A stretch of 64,000 bases of DNA from a bacterium (GTDB lineage Bacteria > UBA8248): NCBI GenBank assembly GCA_965213685.1, contig CBDBZY010000064.1:160001-224000 (forward strand), given 5' to 3'. This document shows, piece after piece, positions 27,369 through 38,683 of this stretch. Each line of letters starts with the position of its first letter. Positions within the stretch are counted from its first letter, which is position 1. A program made the translations under genes and the position numbers. A model generated the notes under the pieces. It saw nothing but the letters and a program-made list of their open reading frames with translations. It had not been told where the DNA came from and made no database searches.

Positions 27369-29069
27369 CTAAAACCTTCTATGACAGTTACATTTACTAT
27401 CAACCACTTTTGATGGCCTTCTATCATGTATGGATATGCAACCTATGTCTGTAGCACTTTTGTTTACCGACTGAACAAAGTCTTTTAGCTCTTGTTTCAA
27501 CACTGGTACAAGGTCAGTGTGCTGGTCAGATATATCAGTTGTTTCTTTAGGATCAGCTACCACATCATAAAGATTGACACTCTGTATGTTTCCTTTATTG
27601 TACTTAACAACAAGTTTTTGTGAGTCTCGTAATACTGCACCATAGAAAGATGAGTATAAATCTCCCTTTTTAATGTGAAAGGCAAAAGCAATTGAGCCAT
27701 TGCGATGATTGACATCTCCTTTGAGAAATGGCAGAATAGAGACACCGTCTATTGGTCGATCTTGAGGAGGATCAATGCCAAGGATATCACACACAGTCGG
27801 TAGCAGGTCATTTGTCACCACAGGATAATCGGACTTTCGATTGGCTTTAATCACTGCTGGCCATTCTAATATTGCAGGCACTCGAATACCACCTTCAAAC
27901 ACTGTCCCTTTCTCTCCTCTCAAACCAGCTGTAGAGCCTGGAGTGCCTTTCTGTGGGCCATTGTCACTTGAGAACCACACAAATGTGTTGTTCTTAATGC
28001 CATATGTTTCCAGTAAACGTCTGACTCTCCCTATTGCTTGGTCCAGTTGCGATATAGCTCCATAGTAATGGGTAACATATCCTGAGTAACCTTGTTTTCT
28101 GTACATAGTGTAGTAGGGATCAAGAGCATAGTACCGGTAATGCACGTCATGAAATGCAAGTATAACAAAAAAGGGATTTTCACTAGAATGCGATTCTTGA
28201 AGATATTTCTCAAACATGTCCACAATAAAATCTGAATCTCCAATTATGGAGTCGTTGTAGGCTTGCAATTTTTCTGACTCCTTATCCATGTAGTGATAGG
28301 CTTTGCAGGCGTCTTGTCCATAGAATCTCTTCTGAACAGTGCAACTGAAGTGTTTTGAGCATCGGCAGTTTGGTGCCACTGAGGATGTGTCTCTTTCAGT
28401 TACTAACCACTGGTCAAAACCATGCATGCCAGGATGGGACACAGGCCACTTCTTGTTACCCCCTTCAATAACTTTCAAATCACCAACATGCCATTTCCCA
28501 AATATGGCAGTTTTGTAGCCTTCATTCTTCAGAAGTTCAGGCAGTGTTACTTCAGAGGTAGGTAGAGGCATAGAACAGGGGCATTTGCCATCATTACATG
28601 GATTACCCAGATCTGCGTGCCAGATACAGTATCGATTGTGGTTACGTCCTGTCAATAGAGTGCCTCTGGTTGGTGAGCAAACGGGACCTCCCGAATAAAA
28701 CCTCGTTAGGAGGACACTGTTTGGTCCTCGGGCCATTTGGTTGAGATTTGGTGTCTTAGCCTTTCCTCCATTATACTCCACGTCACCATAGCCCAGGTCA
28801 TCAGCCAATAAGTACAGAATATTTGGATGTTGCAATGGATTCTTGTGTCTGTTAAGTTGTGAATTTTTGTCCTCTATAGGAAATCTAAATTGTTTCTCCA
28901 CATTAGCTGATGTCATACTTGTGTTTGAAATCTTGTCTTCCTTACTGTCTACTCTTTTCATTGGAGTAACGCCATTGACATCTCCTAGTGCGCTGTACAA
29001 CACAGATACTAAGATACTCACCAACACTGCCGCTACTACTATTGCCACTCTGAAATCTCCCACTTTCAT
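27369..29069 (-). CDS. Arylsulfatase, intronless; paralog 2
   Basis: Same motifs as paralog 1, intact ORF, likely start MKVGDFR at 29069. Confidence 0.93.
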   Translation of the reverse strand: MKVGDFRVAIVVAAVLVSILVSVLYSALGDVNGVTPMKRVDSKEDKISNTSMTSANVEKQFRFPIEDKNSQLNRHKNPLQHPNILYLLADDLGYGDVEYNGGKAKTPNLNQMARGPNSVLLTRFYSGGPVCSPTRGTLLTGRNHNRYCIWHADLGNPCNDGKCPCSMPLPTSEVTLPELLKNEGYKTAIFGKWHVGDLKVIEGGNKKWPVSHPGMHGFDQWLVTERDTSSVAPNCRCSKHFSCTVQKRFYGQDACKAYHYMDKESEKLQAYNDSIIGDSDFIVDMFEKYLQESHSSENPFFVILAFHDVHYRYYALDPYYTMYRKQGYSGYVTHYYGAISQLDQAIGRVRRLLETYGIKNNTFVWFSSDNGPQKGTPGSTAGLRGEKGTVFEGGIRVPAILEWPAVIKANRKSDYPVVTNDLLPTVCDILGIDPPQDRPIDGVSILPFLKGDVNHRNGSIAFAFHIKKGDLYSSFYGAVLRDSQKLVVKYNKGNIQSVNLYDVVADPKETTDISDQHTDLVPVLKQELKDFVQSVNKSATDIGCISIHDRRPSKVVDSKCNCHRRF

Positions 29070-29377
29070 AGTTTGGTGAGGAGACACACTTGCAGCTGTA
29101 GTACAGAAGGAAGGAACAATGGTAGGAAGTGATCTCTCTACATAAGCAGGGTATACATATACACAAACACAGCCTTGCTGTGGGCCGTGTATAAGCACAA
29201 GACATACACGCCCACTGCAAAAATTCCATGGCTATTTTAACCATGGTTTTCTCAGTTGCACATTTGTTTAACACTGGACACTGCAAATATGCAGGAAATT
29301 CATCTTAAGAAGTGTGGGAGGATTGAGAAACTAAATGACAGGTTTTAGTTCATTAAGCATGACATACATTGTACATG

Positions 29378-30251
29378 AAAATTCATACTTATAGCACACC
29401 ACAATCCTAGGGACTGCAAGAAAGAAAGAGGGCTAACAAATGGCTACTAGGGCTACGGTAGGGCAGGGCTAACAAGACACAAAAGACAACACAAGTACAC
29501 CACCAAGTCACAACAATCCACAACCACACAACAACAAAGTTAAGCCCTAACAGAAAGGTTGCAGGGGCCAGAATTTAAAAAAACTTAGCAATAGAAAGTT
29601 TAAAAAACGCAAGGCCCAAAAAGTTAAAAAATGTGTAGCAGTAGAAAGGTTAAAAAGAAGGGACCAAAAGTTTAAAAATGTAGCAGTAGAAAGGTTAAAA
29701 AGAAGGGGCCAAAAGTTAAAAACTTTAAAATAGAGTTAAAAACATTGTTCATAAGTTAAAAACATTAGTGGAAAGGTTAAAAACTTATTAGCAAAGGGTA
29801 AGCTTAAAATGAGACAATGTGGACACTAGAAGCCTTGCCTTGAGAGCAAGGTTTGGTGGGTTAAAGATCTTTTATAGCCGACTAACTCTCCCCACTCTTC
29901 CAGTGTCCACACAAGGCAAACACACACACACACACCCATACACAACAATAACAACAGCTAACATACCTTATCAAAAGACAGTCCATACACTCAAACCGAA
30001 TATAGGAACTACTCACAAGAATGAAAGGATAGTAGAAAGTCCACAGATACAGTAGCCACAGATGGCATTTGGCTAACAATGGGTTTGCAACTATGTATTC
30101 CTTTGGGTAACATGTTTCGTCAGGCGACTAAGGCCACAAACTGGCAGGCAAATACCTACAAAAACATGCTGCTTCAAAGTTGCATTAAACTTAGAAAAGA
30201 TACTTTGATGTTTCTGTGAAAACTACATGTACAATGTACAGAAATACAAAA
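29378..30251 (-). mobile_element. 5'-truncated Penelope-like element, family 2 (ORF C-terminus plus 3' UTR)
   Basis: Absent from the paralogous site at ~2080; flanked by ATACA(T/A)TGTACATG. 30091-30222 encodes FSQKHQSIFSKFNATLKQHVFVGICLPVCGLSRLTKHVTQRNT*, homologous to the family-1 C-terminus FTKSHASIFFKFGYSVRKHTEEGICLPANDGFLSRNVCLRS*. ~45-bp tandem repeats at 29550-29800. Confidence 0.8.
29819..29910 (-). ncRNA. Twister ribozyme candidate, type-P5 permutation (family 2)
   Basis: P5 GUGGACACUGGAAG/CUUCUAGUGUCCAC; P2 UGGG/CCCA; G-A then T1 GAG/CUC; U^AA site; T2 CC/GG; P4 CCUUG/CAAGG. Confidence 0.72.
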
Positions 30252-31973
30252 ATACAATGTACATGTAATTGTAAGCATCCATAATGGACTGTAGCTACAG
30301 TGTCATGGCCAGGCCTTGCGAGAGCTCAGTATGTAGAACAGCTACACTTAGTGAGACTAGAAGACTTTGATAATACTTACAGTGAGTCAGATTAGCTTTG
30401 TGGCCTGCTGTCGAGTGTGTCCAATTTTGGGTGTATACAGTACTTCATTAAGTCTGTACACACATACACACAGCTAATAGCACGAAAGCAACTAGATGCT
30501 TTGAACTTTTTAAAAAGCATTATACACAATGCGTTCATATATTTGACTATTAAACGGTCACTACAAATGCGAGTACTCTTGGTTTAATCTATTTCATTTT
30601 TGCATGGACTCTATTTGCCTTACATTTTCACTACATTTCACGTCTGTAGTTATTCTGATGTCATATTGTTTGGGTTGAAGTTGTCACCACACTAGTAGTG
30701 GTATGTTGTTCAACTTCATTTTAATTGAGTTGTGAGAAATCATATTAGTATGTTTGACAAAATACCACAGTTTTTGGATAAGTAGTATGTTGTGCTGCAA
30801 GTTGTGTGTTGATCGTTGAACTAAATTCTAGAAACATGTTTGAAAGATGTAGGGACGGCTGTGCCAAAAACCACAGAAACTAGGTGTAGGGATGGCAGTG
30901 TGCAGGCAAGACATGTTATACAAAGACTACACAAGTAACCCCATCCCTACATCATTTTTTATGCCTGATAGGATTTTGCTGGCTATGCATGCCATTAGGT
31001 ATTGAGAACAGCAGTTTGAAGCAAAAAATGTAGGGATGGGGTTACTTGTGTAGTCTTTGTATAACATGTCTTGCCTGCACATCCCTACACCTAGTTTCTG
31101 TGGTTTTTGGCACAGCCATCCCTACATCTTTCAACATTTAAAAAAATGTTTTTAATACTTGTTTGTATCCTTTTTCCTGGCAATAGTTCACTAAAATGTA
31201 TTCTGTTCTTGCAAGCTTCTTTCAGAATCCCTCGAACAAATCATAACAGCCACTGCTACCCATCAGGAACAGGGTAGAAAGGGGCTTAACCGGAAGGAGC
31301 TTGACCACCATCACGCCATTTTGAAGTTGGGGGGCTGAGCCCCTCCAAAAAGTCCTGAGCTAGAGTGACTACTTCACTACATGTATCTAACTGGCTAACT
31401 CATACCCGCTACATTAACGTTTTTGTACAATAGAAAGACGCTGCTCAAACCTCTCTCAAATCAGCGACAACGCCAGCCTAAAATTAATAGGCGTGGCTTC
31501 GCGAGGCCGTTCTCGCTAGGTGCAGAGAAAAAGCCACACCCGAAATTACAGGTCCAACCCTTACGTCACTGTGGTGCTGTAATTCAAGGGAAGGAATGTT
31601 GTGAAGACGAAGAGGAATACAATTGACCTTATGCAGTGAAATGAATACACTAAGTCTCTTGAACAGAGATCCAGTTACAGTGACAGTTGAATAATCACTG
31701 ACCAGGTGAAAAAGGCGTCCAGCGTGAGAGTAGAACCAAGGTGTGGTGACAGCAAGCAAGAACTCGATGCTACACTCTTAGCATGCTAGCAGCCCTTAGG
31801 AGTAGGCTGGACCCTGCCATGTTTACCGTCTCTTTCGATACTCTTAGCCATCCTCATTTAGTACATGAAATAACATGTGCATGGCACACCAGCTAGAAAG
31901 AGTCAAAGAAAGTTAAAAGAAAGGTGAATTAAGGCCATAACCCCCTATACGTATACATGTAACACAATGAGCA

Positions 31974-32067
31974 CAAGACACCTGGATGCCCAGCCTTGAG
32001 AACTGGGGCGGTGGGTTGAAGATCTTTTATGGCGCCAACTCTCCCCACACACCCAAGTGCTGTCTTG
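31974..32067 (-). ncRNA. Twister ribozyme candidate, type-P5 (family 1, 3' UTR)
   Basis: P5 CACUUGGGUG/CAUCCAGGUG; UGGG-G-A-GAG; C^AA-CCCA-CC; P4 CCCAG/CUGGG enclosing UUCUCAAGG. Confidence 0.7.
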
Positions 32068-32099
32068 AGCTCACATATACACAGACACAGACATGAACA

Positions 32100-32330
32100 C
32101 CAAAAACAGCCTCAAGGCTTAGAAAAATAGCTCAGAGCAATTTAACACACCACAGCCTCTAGGCTTAAAAAATAACTTTGACATACAGTAGCCTCTAAGC
32201 TTAGAAAAATCTAAATTGAAAAACAACTAGAACAGCCTCAAGGCTTAGAAAAATAGATTTAACACACCACAGCCTCTAGGCTTAGAGAATAACTCTCACA
32301 TACAGTAGCCTCTAAGCTTAGAAAAGTAGA
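32100..32330. repeat. Tandem subrepeats (agcctc(a/t)aggcttagaaaa) in the family-1 3' UTR
   Basis: Six subunits forming a ~120-bp higher-order duplication. Confidence 0.75.
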
Positions 32331-33161
32331 AACCTTCTACAAAACTACAAGTACACAATATATACACAAAATTATGTACAGTAAAAAGAAAGTAACCATG
32401 AAGACACTGCTCACCTTTAAACAATCTGCTAGCAGCAGCAAATGCTCACAAATGAGCCCTTGAGGTCCTGTCATACGGTTTGGTTACTATCTCCACTATA
32501 ATCCATACATCCCACTTACAAGCTTACAAGGTCAAGGTTGTGATATGTACATGTACATGTAAACAGGATTACGAACGTAGACAGACGTTACGGCTCAAGA
32601 AACCATCATTGGCTGGCAAGCAAATTCCCTCTTCGGTGTGTTTACGTACACTGTACCCAAATTTAAAGAAAATACTTGCATGTGATTTTGTAAACCTTTT
32701 AAATGCCACACATAGTCCTGAGTACCAAAACCCCTGTCTAATGAGTTTTTGTGTAAGCTTGTAGTGCCTTTCTTTAAACTGTACAAAAGTACTACATATT
32801 CTACCAATACGTACTAGTTGGGAAATATATACTCCATACGCTGGTTTAGCAGGGATATTTGAGCTCAAATGAGGGAAATTTATAACGTCAAATTGAAAAC
32901 TATCCCTTTTGTCATAAACCGTAGTAGAGTATTTCCCATTGTTTATTGTAATAAGTACATCTAAGTACGACAATGTCGTGGGACTCTCTGTAGTATTTTT
33001 AAGCTGAAGTTCTGGGGGACATATGTCAGCAATTGCCCTTTCAAACCACCTGTTGTTAAGCGTCAGCAAATCATCGATATATCTCATTGTGTTATTAAAC
33101 TGCTTTGCCAATATTATGTTGTTCTTTAGTAGGGTCTTCATGTACCCATACTCATAATAAA

Positions 33162-35480
33162 AAAGTATGAAAAACATTTTCAAAAAATGTATAGGGATGT
33201 AGGGATGGCCGTGCCAAACACTACAGAAACTAGGTGTAGGGATGGCAGTGTGCAGGGAAGACATGTTATACAAAGACTACACAACTAACCCCATCCCTAC
33301 ATCTATTTTTTTTATATCTGAAATCATTCTGCGAGTTATGCTACAAGATTACTGGGAAGAGCAATTTTTGAGCCAAAAAAAAGATGTAGGGATGGGGTTA
33401 GTTGTGTAGTCTTTGTATAACATGTCTTCCCTGCACACTGCCATCCCTACACCTAGTTTCTGTAGTTTTTGGCACGGCCATCCCTACATCCCTATACATT
33501 TTTTGAAAATGTTTTTCATACTTGTTTGCATCCCTTTTTTTGCACAGGGGTACCATTAAAAAGTATTTTTCTTGCCACTGAAGCTTCTTTCAGAGTCCAG
33601 CAAACAAATCAGTGGTCATAACAGCCATTGCTAAGGCGGGTAGGGAGGGGCTTGAACACCATCATTTCTGAAGTTGGGGGCTGAGCCCCTCTAAAAATTC
33701 TTGAGCTAGAGTAGCTACATATGTACCTCACTGTATCTAACTGGCCAACTCATCCCCGCTACATAATAGTATAGTGAAGTAAGACGCTGTTCGAACGCGC
33801 CATCAGATATGAAGCAGCCTTTGCTATGTCTCGCGAACCTATAATTAATAGGCGTGGCTTCGCGAGGCCCGCCCTCACGTGCTTACCGTTTGCGCCACGT
33901 GACAGTAACTATTACAAAATGGTTTCCCAAATATGGGGAGTTGTCGGGGACTTCTAGTTTCTGCCCATTTGGGAACGTACTAAGAGTTTTATTAGCACAG
34001 ATCGTACTTGGTAGTGATTACAGTGGATCCGTGAAAGAACTACGGTGATTACTTCAGCCAGTTTTGAGATACGTTAGTCTAAAGAAATCTCTTAAGGGAG
34101 GGCGAGTCATGATTGCGTTCTTCGTCAATTACTCTACCGTCGCTTTCCCCCTACATTTACCAACGCTAAAACGACAGCAATTCTTTGGCGCGGTTGCAAA
34201 TTCGCTGGGAAAAATTCATATTTCCCGCTACCGTTGGACGTGCGGCGCTGTGTGGCGCCAACCGGTGAAGAGGTGGATGCTCGCCAAAGGGGAGTGAACT
34301 AGTTTATGCGCAATGGGTTGCTCGAATCTTGGCTTGCTTCTTTACGGCAGAATTTGCTACCGTTTTTCTAAATTCTGCAGCACGAAGAAAACGATTATAT
34401 GTCTAGAAAGAAAGATTTAGCACGGATTTTTAAAGCAAACTTAGATAGCCAACATGCTTAGTAGTCATCCACCGAAGTTTCGTCTCTGCAGCATTAGCCG
34501 TTATTGGCAAATGTTTTTTCTATAATTAGCGATATGCATATTGCGTAAATTTTATAATTCTATGAACCGACATATCACGCAAAACTATGTTATTTCGCTA
34601 ACAGGCATCATTAGGAGAATACAATAAAACATAAATCAGGCAAAATCATATCTTAGGGTCGTCCTGCCTTAAGGGAGGGCGAGTCATGATTGCGTTCTTC
34701 GTCAATTACTCTACCGTCGCTTTCCCCCTACATTTACCAACGCTAAAACGACAGCAATTCTTTGGCGCGGTTGCAAATTCGCTGGGAAAAATTCATATTT
34801 CCCGCTACCGTTGGACGTGCGGCGCTATGTGGCGCCAACCGGTGAAGAGGTGGATGCTCGCCAAAGGGGAGTGAACTAATTTATGCGCAATGGGTTGCTC
34901 GAGGCTTGGCTTGCTACTTTACGGCAGAATTTGCTACCATTTTTCTAAATTCTGCAGTACGAAGAAAACGATTATATGTCTAGAAAGAAAGATTTAGCAC
35001 GGATTTTTAAAGCAAACTTAGATAGCCAACATGCTTAGTAATCATCCACCGAAGTTTCGTCTCTGCAGCATTAGCCCGTATTGGCAAAATTTTTTTCTAT
35101 AATTAGCGATATGCATATTGCGTAACTTTTATAATTCTATGAACCGACATATCACGCAAAACTACGTTATTTCGCTAACAGGCATCATTAGGAGAATACA
35201 ATAAAAACAAATCAGGCAAAATCATGTCTTAGGGTCGTCCTGCCTTAAGAAGAAGAAGAAGAAGAATAGGAAGAAAGACAAAACGACCTTTGGAGAGTTT
35301 TCTGGTAGTAAGTCAAGGGATGCATTTTAGCTACTTGGGGGGTATTGTTGGGTAGAGAACCACTGGAATAGAATAGCTAGGGGTCCAGAAAGGCTTAGAA
35401 CGCGAGCGTTCGCGAGTTAAGAAAGCTTTCCTATGTACACGCACTATGGGCGTGTCGGCGCCATCCCTACATAGATCTGA
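33162..35480 (+). mobile_element. Helentron/DINE-like element inserted into the Naiad RT domain
   Basis: Removing it rejoins LANLFL|FYYEY in frame with no duplication; palindrome 33162-33525; 3' hairpin collapsed to agatctg. Confidence 0.8.
34096..35244 (+). mobile_element. Tandem pair of Kolobok-like MITE A (34096-34668, 34673-35244)
   Basis: TTAA-GGGAGGGCGA...TCGTCCTGCC-TTAA twice, sharing the central TTAA; equivalent empty site ctcTTAAgaagaag at ~47337. Confidence 0.8.
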
Positions 35481-37258
35481 TAAGAACAAGTTGGCTAGTA
35501 ATGGTGCACAATCTGTGCCCATAGGAATGCCCACACCTTGCCTATATACTCTATTCCCTACACTAATGTATATATTATCTATAAGGTATTCCACAAGTTT
35601 GATAAGAATCTCTTCTCTTATGCTGTATTTAGAAGACGATGTAGATGGAGTATCAGACCAAATTGCTGTACCTCTTTTATTGGCAATCAGGAAAACACTG
35701 TCTCTCACTCTATATGCTTCTTTAATGAGAGTAGTCAATGCATCTTTAAGAGATGTGTGTGGAATACTTGTATATAAAGTAGAAAAATCATAGCTATCAA
35801 AATGTTTGGCAGTAGAAAAATAATTAACATTATTTAAAGGTGAAAGGACCTGCTGGGAGTTATCAATAATCCAGAAGCAATTGACTCCTGTTCTGGAGTA
35901 AATACCGCTACAGTATTGTTTGAAGTGTGATACTACCTTACTCAAGCATGTAGTAAGTAGCTTTGACAGCTGCTTCATACTACATTTGTTAGAAGCAGCT
36001 ATGAATCTTGTGCCATACGGCTGTTTATGTAATTTAGGTAGCCAATAAAATGATGGCAAATGTCGAAAATCAGGTTCTACTTCAATTCTATTAATTGCCA
36101 TAAATTTCAGGAGGTCATTTACTACATTCATACAACCTCTAGCTTCACGATCATACGTACAAGTAGTTGTGAGCTCCTTGAGAACAACCTGTAGGTAGTA
36201 CCTTTTACACACTACTACAACATTGTTTGCTGCTTTGTCTGCTGGTACCAAAACATATTTAGACTGTAGCTCTTGCAAATAATCTAAATGCTTTCCAGGT
36301 TTCAGAACATGTTGCCTCCTTCTATTTATATGCTTTCTTCAGAGTAACCTGATTCGCTGTTCAATGCACTCATTAACCTTATGTTCCCATTCATTCAATA
36401 CTCTTAAATCTACCCTTTCCTTTCTTGACCACTCACGTTTGTATGATGCTACAGCCTCTCTACATATCTCCATATTTACTCTCCAATCAATGCCATTCTG
36501 TTCCCTATAAGATGGTCCCTTCATAATCAATGAGCGAAGTTTGGCCTCTCTAATAATATTCAGGTCACCCGTAACATGTCCAGCAGGCTCATAACAGTAT
36601 TTAGATGAAGAACATTCACAATGCATATCCTCAGTACCAACTTCAAAGTCCAATTCCTCCACTACTCTTTTGTGATTAAATAGCTTGCCTGAAATGGTTT
36701 TGGTATAACTCTTGGAGGTTTGCGATGGCTCAAAAAGGTAGGTACCGTATCCCTGACACACTTACTGTTGAGTATTTTAGGCAATTGTATCATTTCCATC
36801 CCTTTATTGTGGTACTGCACGATCATATATCTGGAATCCTTTTTCGAATATCTACCTCTACTATACGCATCATTTAAAGCCATATGCGAGGTTCCTTTCT
36901 TAAAGGCAATCAAATCCTTCACTAGTACCACAATGCGATGAGGTAAATCATGCACAGTAATCCACCTGTTAACAATATTCCATAATGCCTGCATGCACTT
37001 CCTAGGTAAACTGAGGACCAGACTCCTTAAACTAAAACAAAAACTGTAAGACTTATAATCTGATAACAAGGTCTCCAGTTGTACAGAAAAATCATCTAGA
37101 TCAATCTTTCTCCTACTCCTCTGTGGTTTACGTTTTCTGAACCTCCGTGGCTGTTTATTAAATAGTGCGTTCACAACTACTGCCTCCTTACATTTTGAAA
37201 TATTGCCAACCTTTCTGACGTTATCATTAAGACCATATGGGTAAATAGTACAAAGCTC

Positions 37259-37817
37259 CAAGCCCGTAGGCAGCAAATGGAGTGGGTGGGTGCTTTCTTT
37301 GATTAAGTGGACCTTATGAAATAAGGCTATTAAACTTTACTCATTCAGAGAATGTTATATAATTATGTCAGTTCAAGTACTATAATACCGATGATATACA
37401 CTTTTCAAAGGTGGTGTACACTTAAAACAAAAAAAACCTGTTAAGTATCGTACACACAGACGTATATATGAGCAATGACTCCAATTCAAGCATCGTTTGT
37501 TCACGTACCCACACAGTACAGTAAGCGTGAGCTAGCCGTATTCCGTGAACGTGCATGCGTGAGCGAAAGGGGGAGGGGAGGAAGAGAAAATTGTGCATGA
37601 GCGTTCATCGAATACGGTCTGCATCTGGTTCACGAGACTAACATGTGGGCAAACATATTACTCACTTCTTTGAAAGTAGGCATGACACGCTCGCTCCGCA
37701 CGCATCAACGCTGAGTTATGCAACAACGTACATTAACTAAGAATGATCAAGGTGGACCTCTGTGCAAACGGGGTGGGTGCGTACGCACCCTACGCACCCC
37801 CCCTGCCTACGGGCTTG
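37259..37817. mobile_element. hAT-like MITE interrupting the Naiad GIY-YIG domain
   Basis: Perfect 15-bp TIR CAAGCCCGTAGGCAG; flanks aagctc/aagctt; protein reads EDFWCR|ELCTIYPYGLN across it. Confidence 0.75.
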
Positions 37818-38683
37818 AAGCTTCTACACCAAAAGTCCTCTCTCTCCAATCTTTTAGTGCTTAAACTATTCCTGTCACTAGATGTAATTTCTTCAATAGG
37901 CATAATAAGAATATCATCTTCACAATGGCCATCTGAACTAAAATGTTTGTACAGGTCAACTTTCTCAGCCGATTTCTATGATTATTCAACCTACTCCTCA
38001 ATTTCTGACTAGTTTCACCCACATATTGAACACCACACCTCTTACATGAAATGAGGTATATAACATTAGCCGTGTCACAATTCATTGAAGAGTTGGAACT
38101 GGTAACAGCATAACTCTTCTGTGTAACATTACTCACAAAAGTACTCCCTTGAGACACATGCCTACAAGTCTTACAACGTGAAGAACCACAAGTACAAACA
38201 GTACAAACAGCACAATCTACTGTATTGGTCTGTGTATGAATATCAGTTGTATCCCGTCCTGTATCAACAGGCTTTAAGGAAACAGCATTATTAGCACAAA
38301 CCGTGACATACAAACGGGTTGAGACTGCCTCTAAAGGACCCAGTCCAAGGTCCACCACCTTGGTTTGCCGGGCTAGCAGCCGCCCCCTATTAAACGACGT
38401 GAAGGCTGATGTGACTATAATGAAGAAAGAAGAAGAGGAAGAAAAGAAGAAAGACAAAAAGACAGAAAGGCAAGGTCCCAAAGAGCTATAAATGGAACGT
38501 GCATGGAGCCGCGACCAGGGTATGACACTGGTACTACTGCTTCCCCATACATCCTAGCTCCACAGCACCCAGAGAAAAAGCCAGTGAAAGCTAAAGCATA
38601 AAATATGCTTGATTCTAGTTTCAACACAGTACAGCCTGCCAGGGTAATAAAACCACCAAGCACAGGTCTGAATGTTGAAAGTA

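Larger units (their letters stand above)
31862..38683 (-). mobile_element. Near full-length Naiad-type Penelope-like retroelement, family 1 (GIY-YIG N-terminal to RT), disrupted
   Basis: 5' to 3': CGSSRCKTC plus VIYLISC..QYVGET..RLNNH (37818-38300); ELCTIYPYGLND (37258); PADKAANN, YWLPKLHK, YDFSTLYT, GIPMGTDCAPLLANLFL (35481-36340); FYYEY, RYIDDLL, YLDV, YDKRD (32569-33161). Confidence 0.9.

Noticed and set aside
32430-32480. Possible SECIS (AUGA..AA..GA) in the Naiad 3' UTR
   Set aside because: Helix II does not pair and the spacing is wrong.
38380-38420. Pistol-like CGUUUAAUAG motif on the minus strand
   Set aside because: No upstream P1 hairpin with a pseudoknot loop and no matching conserved core.
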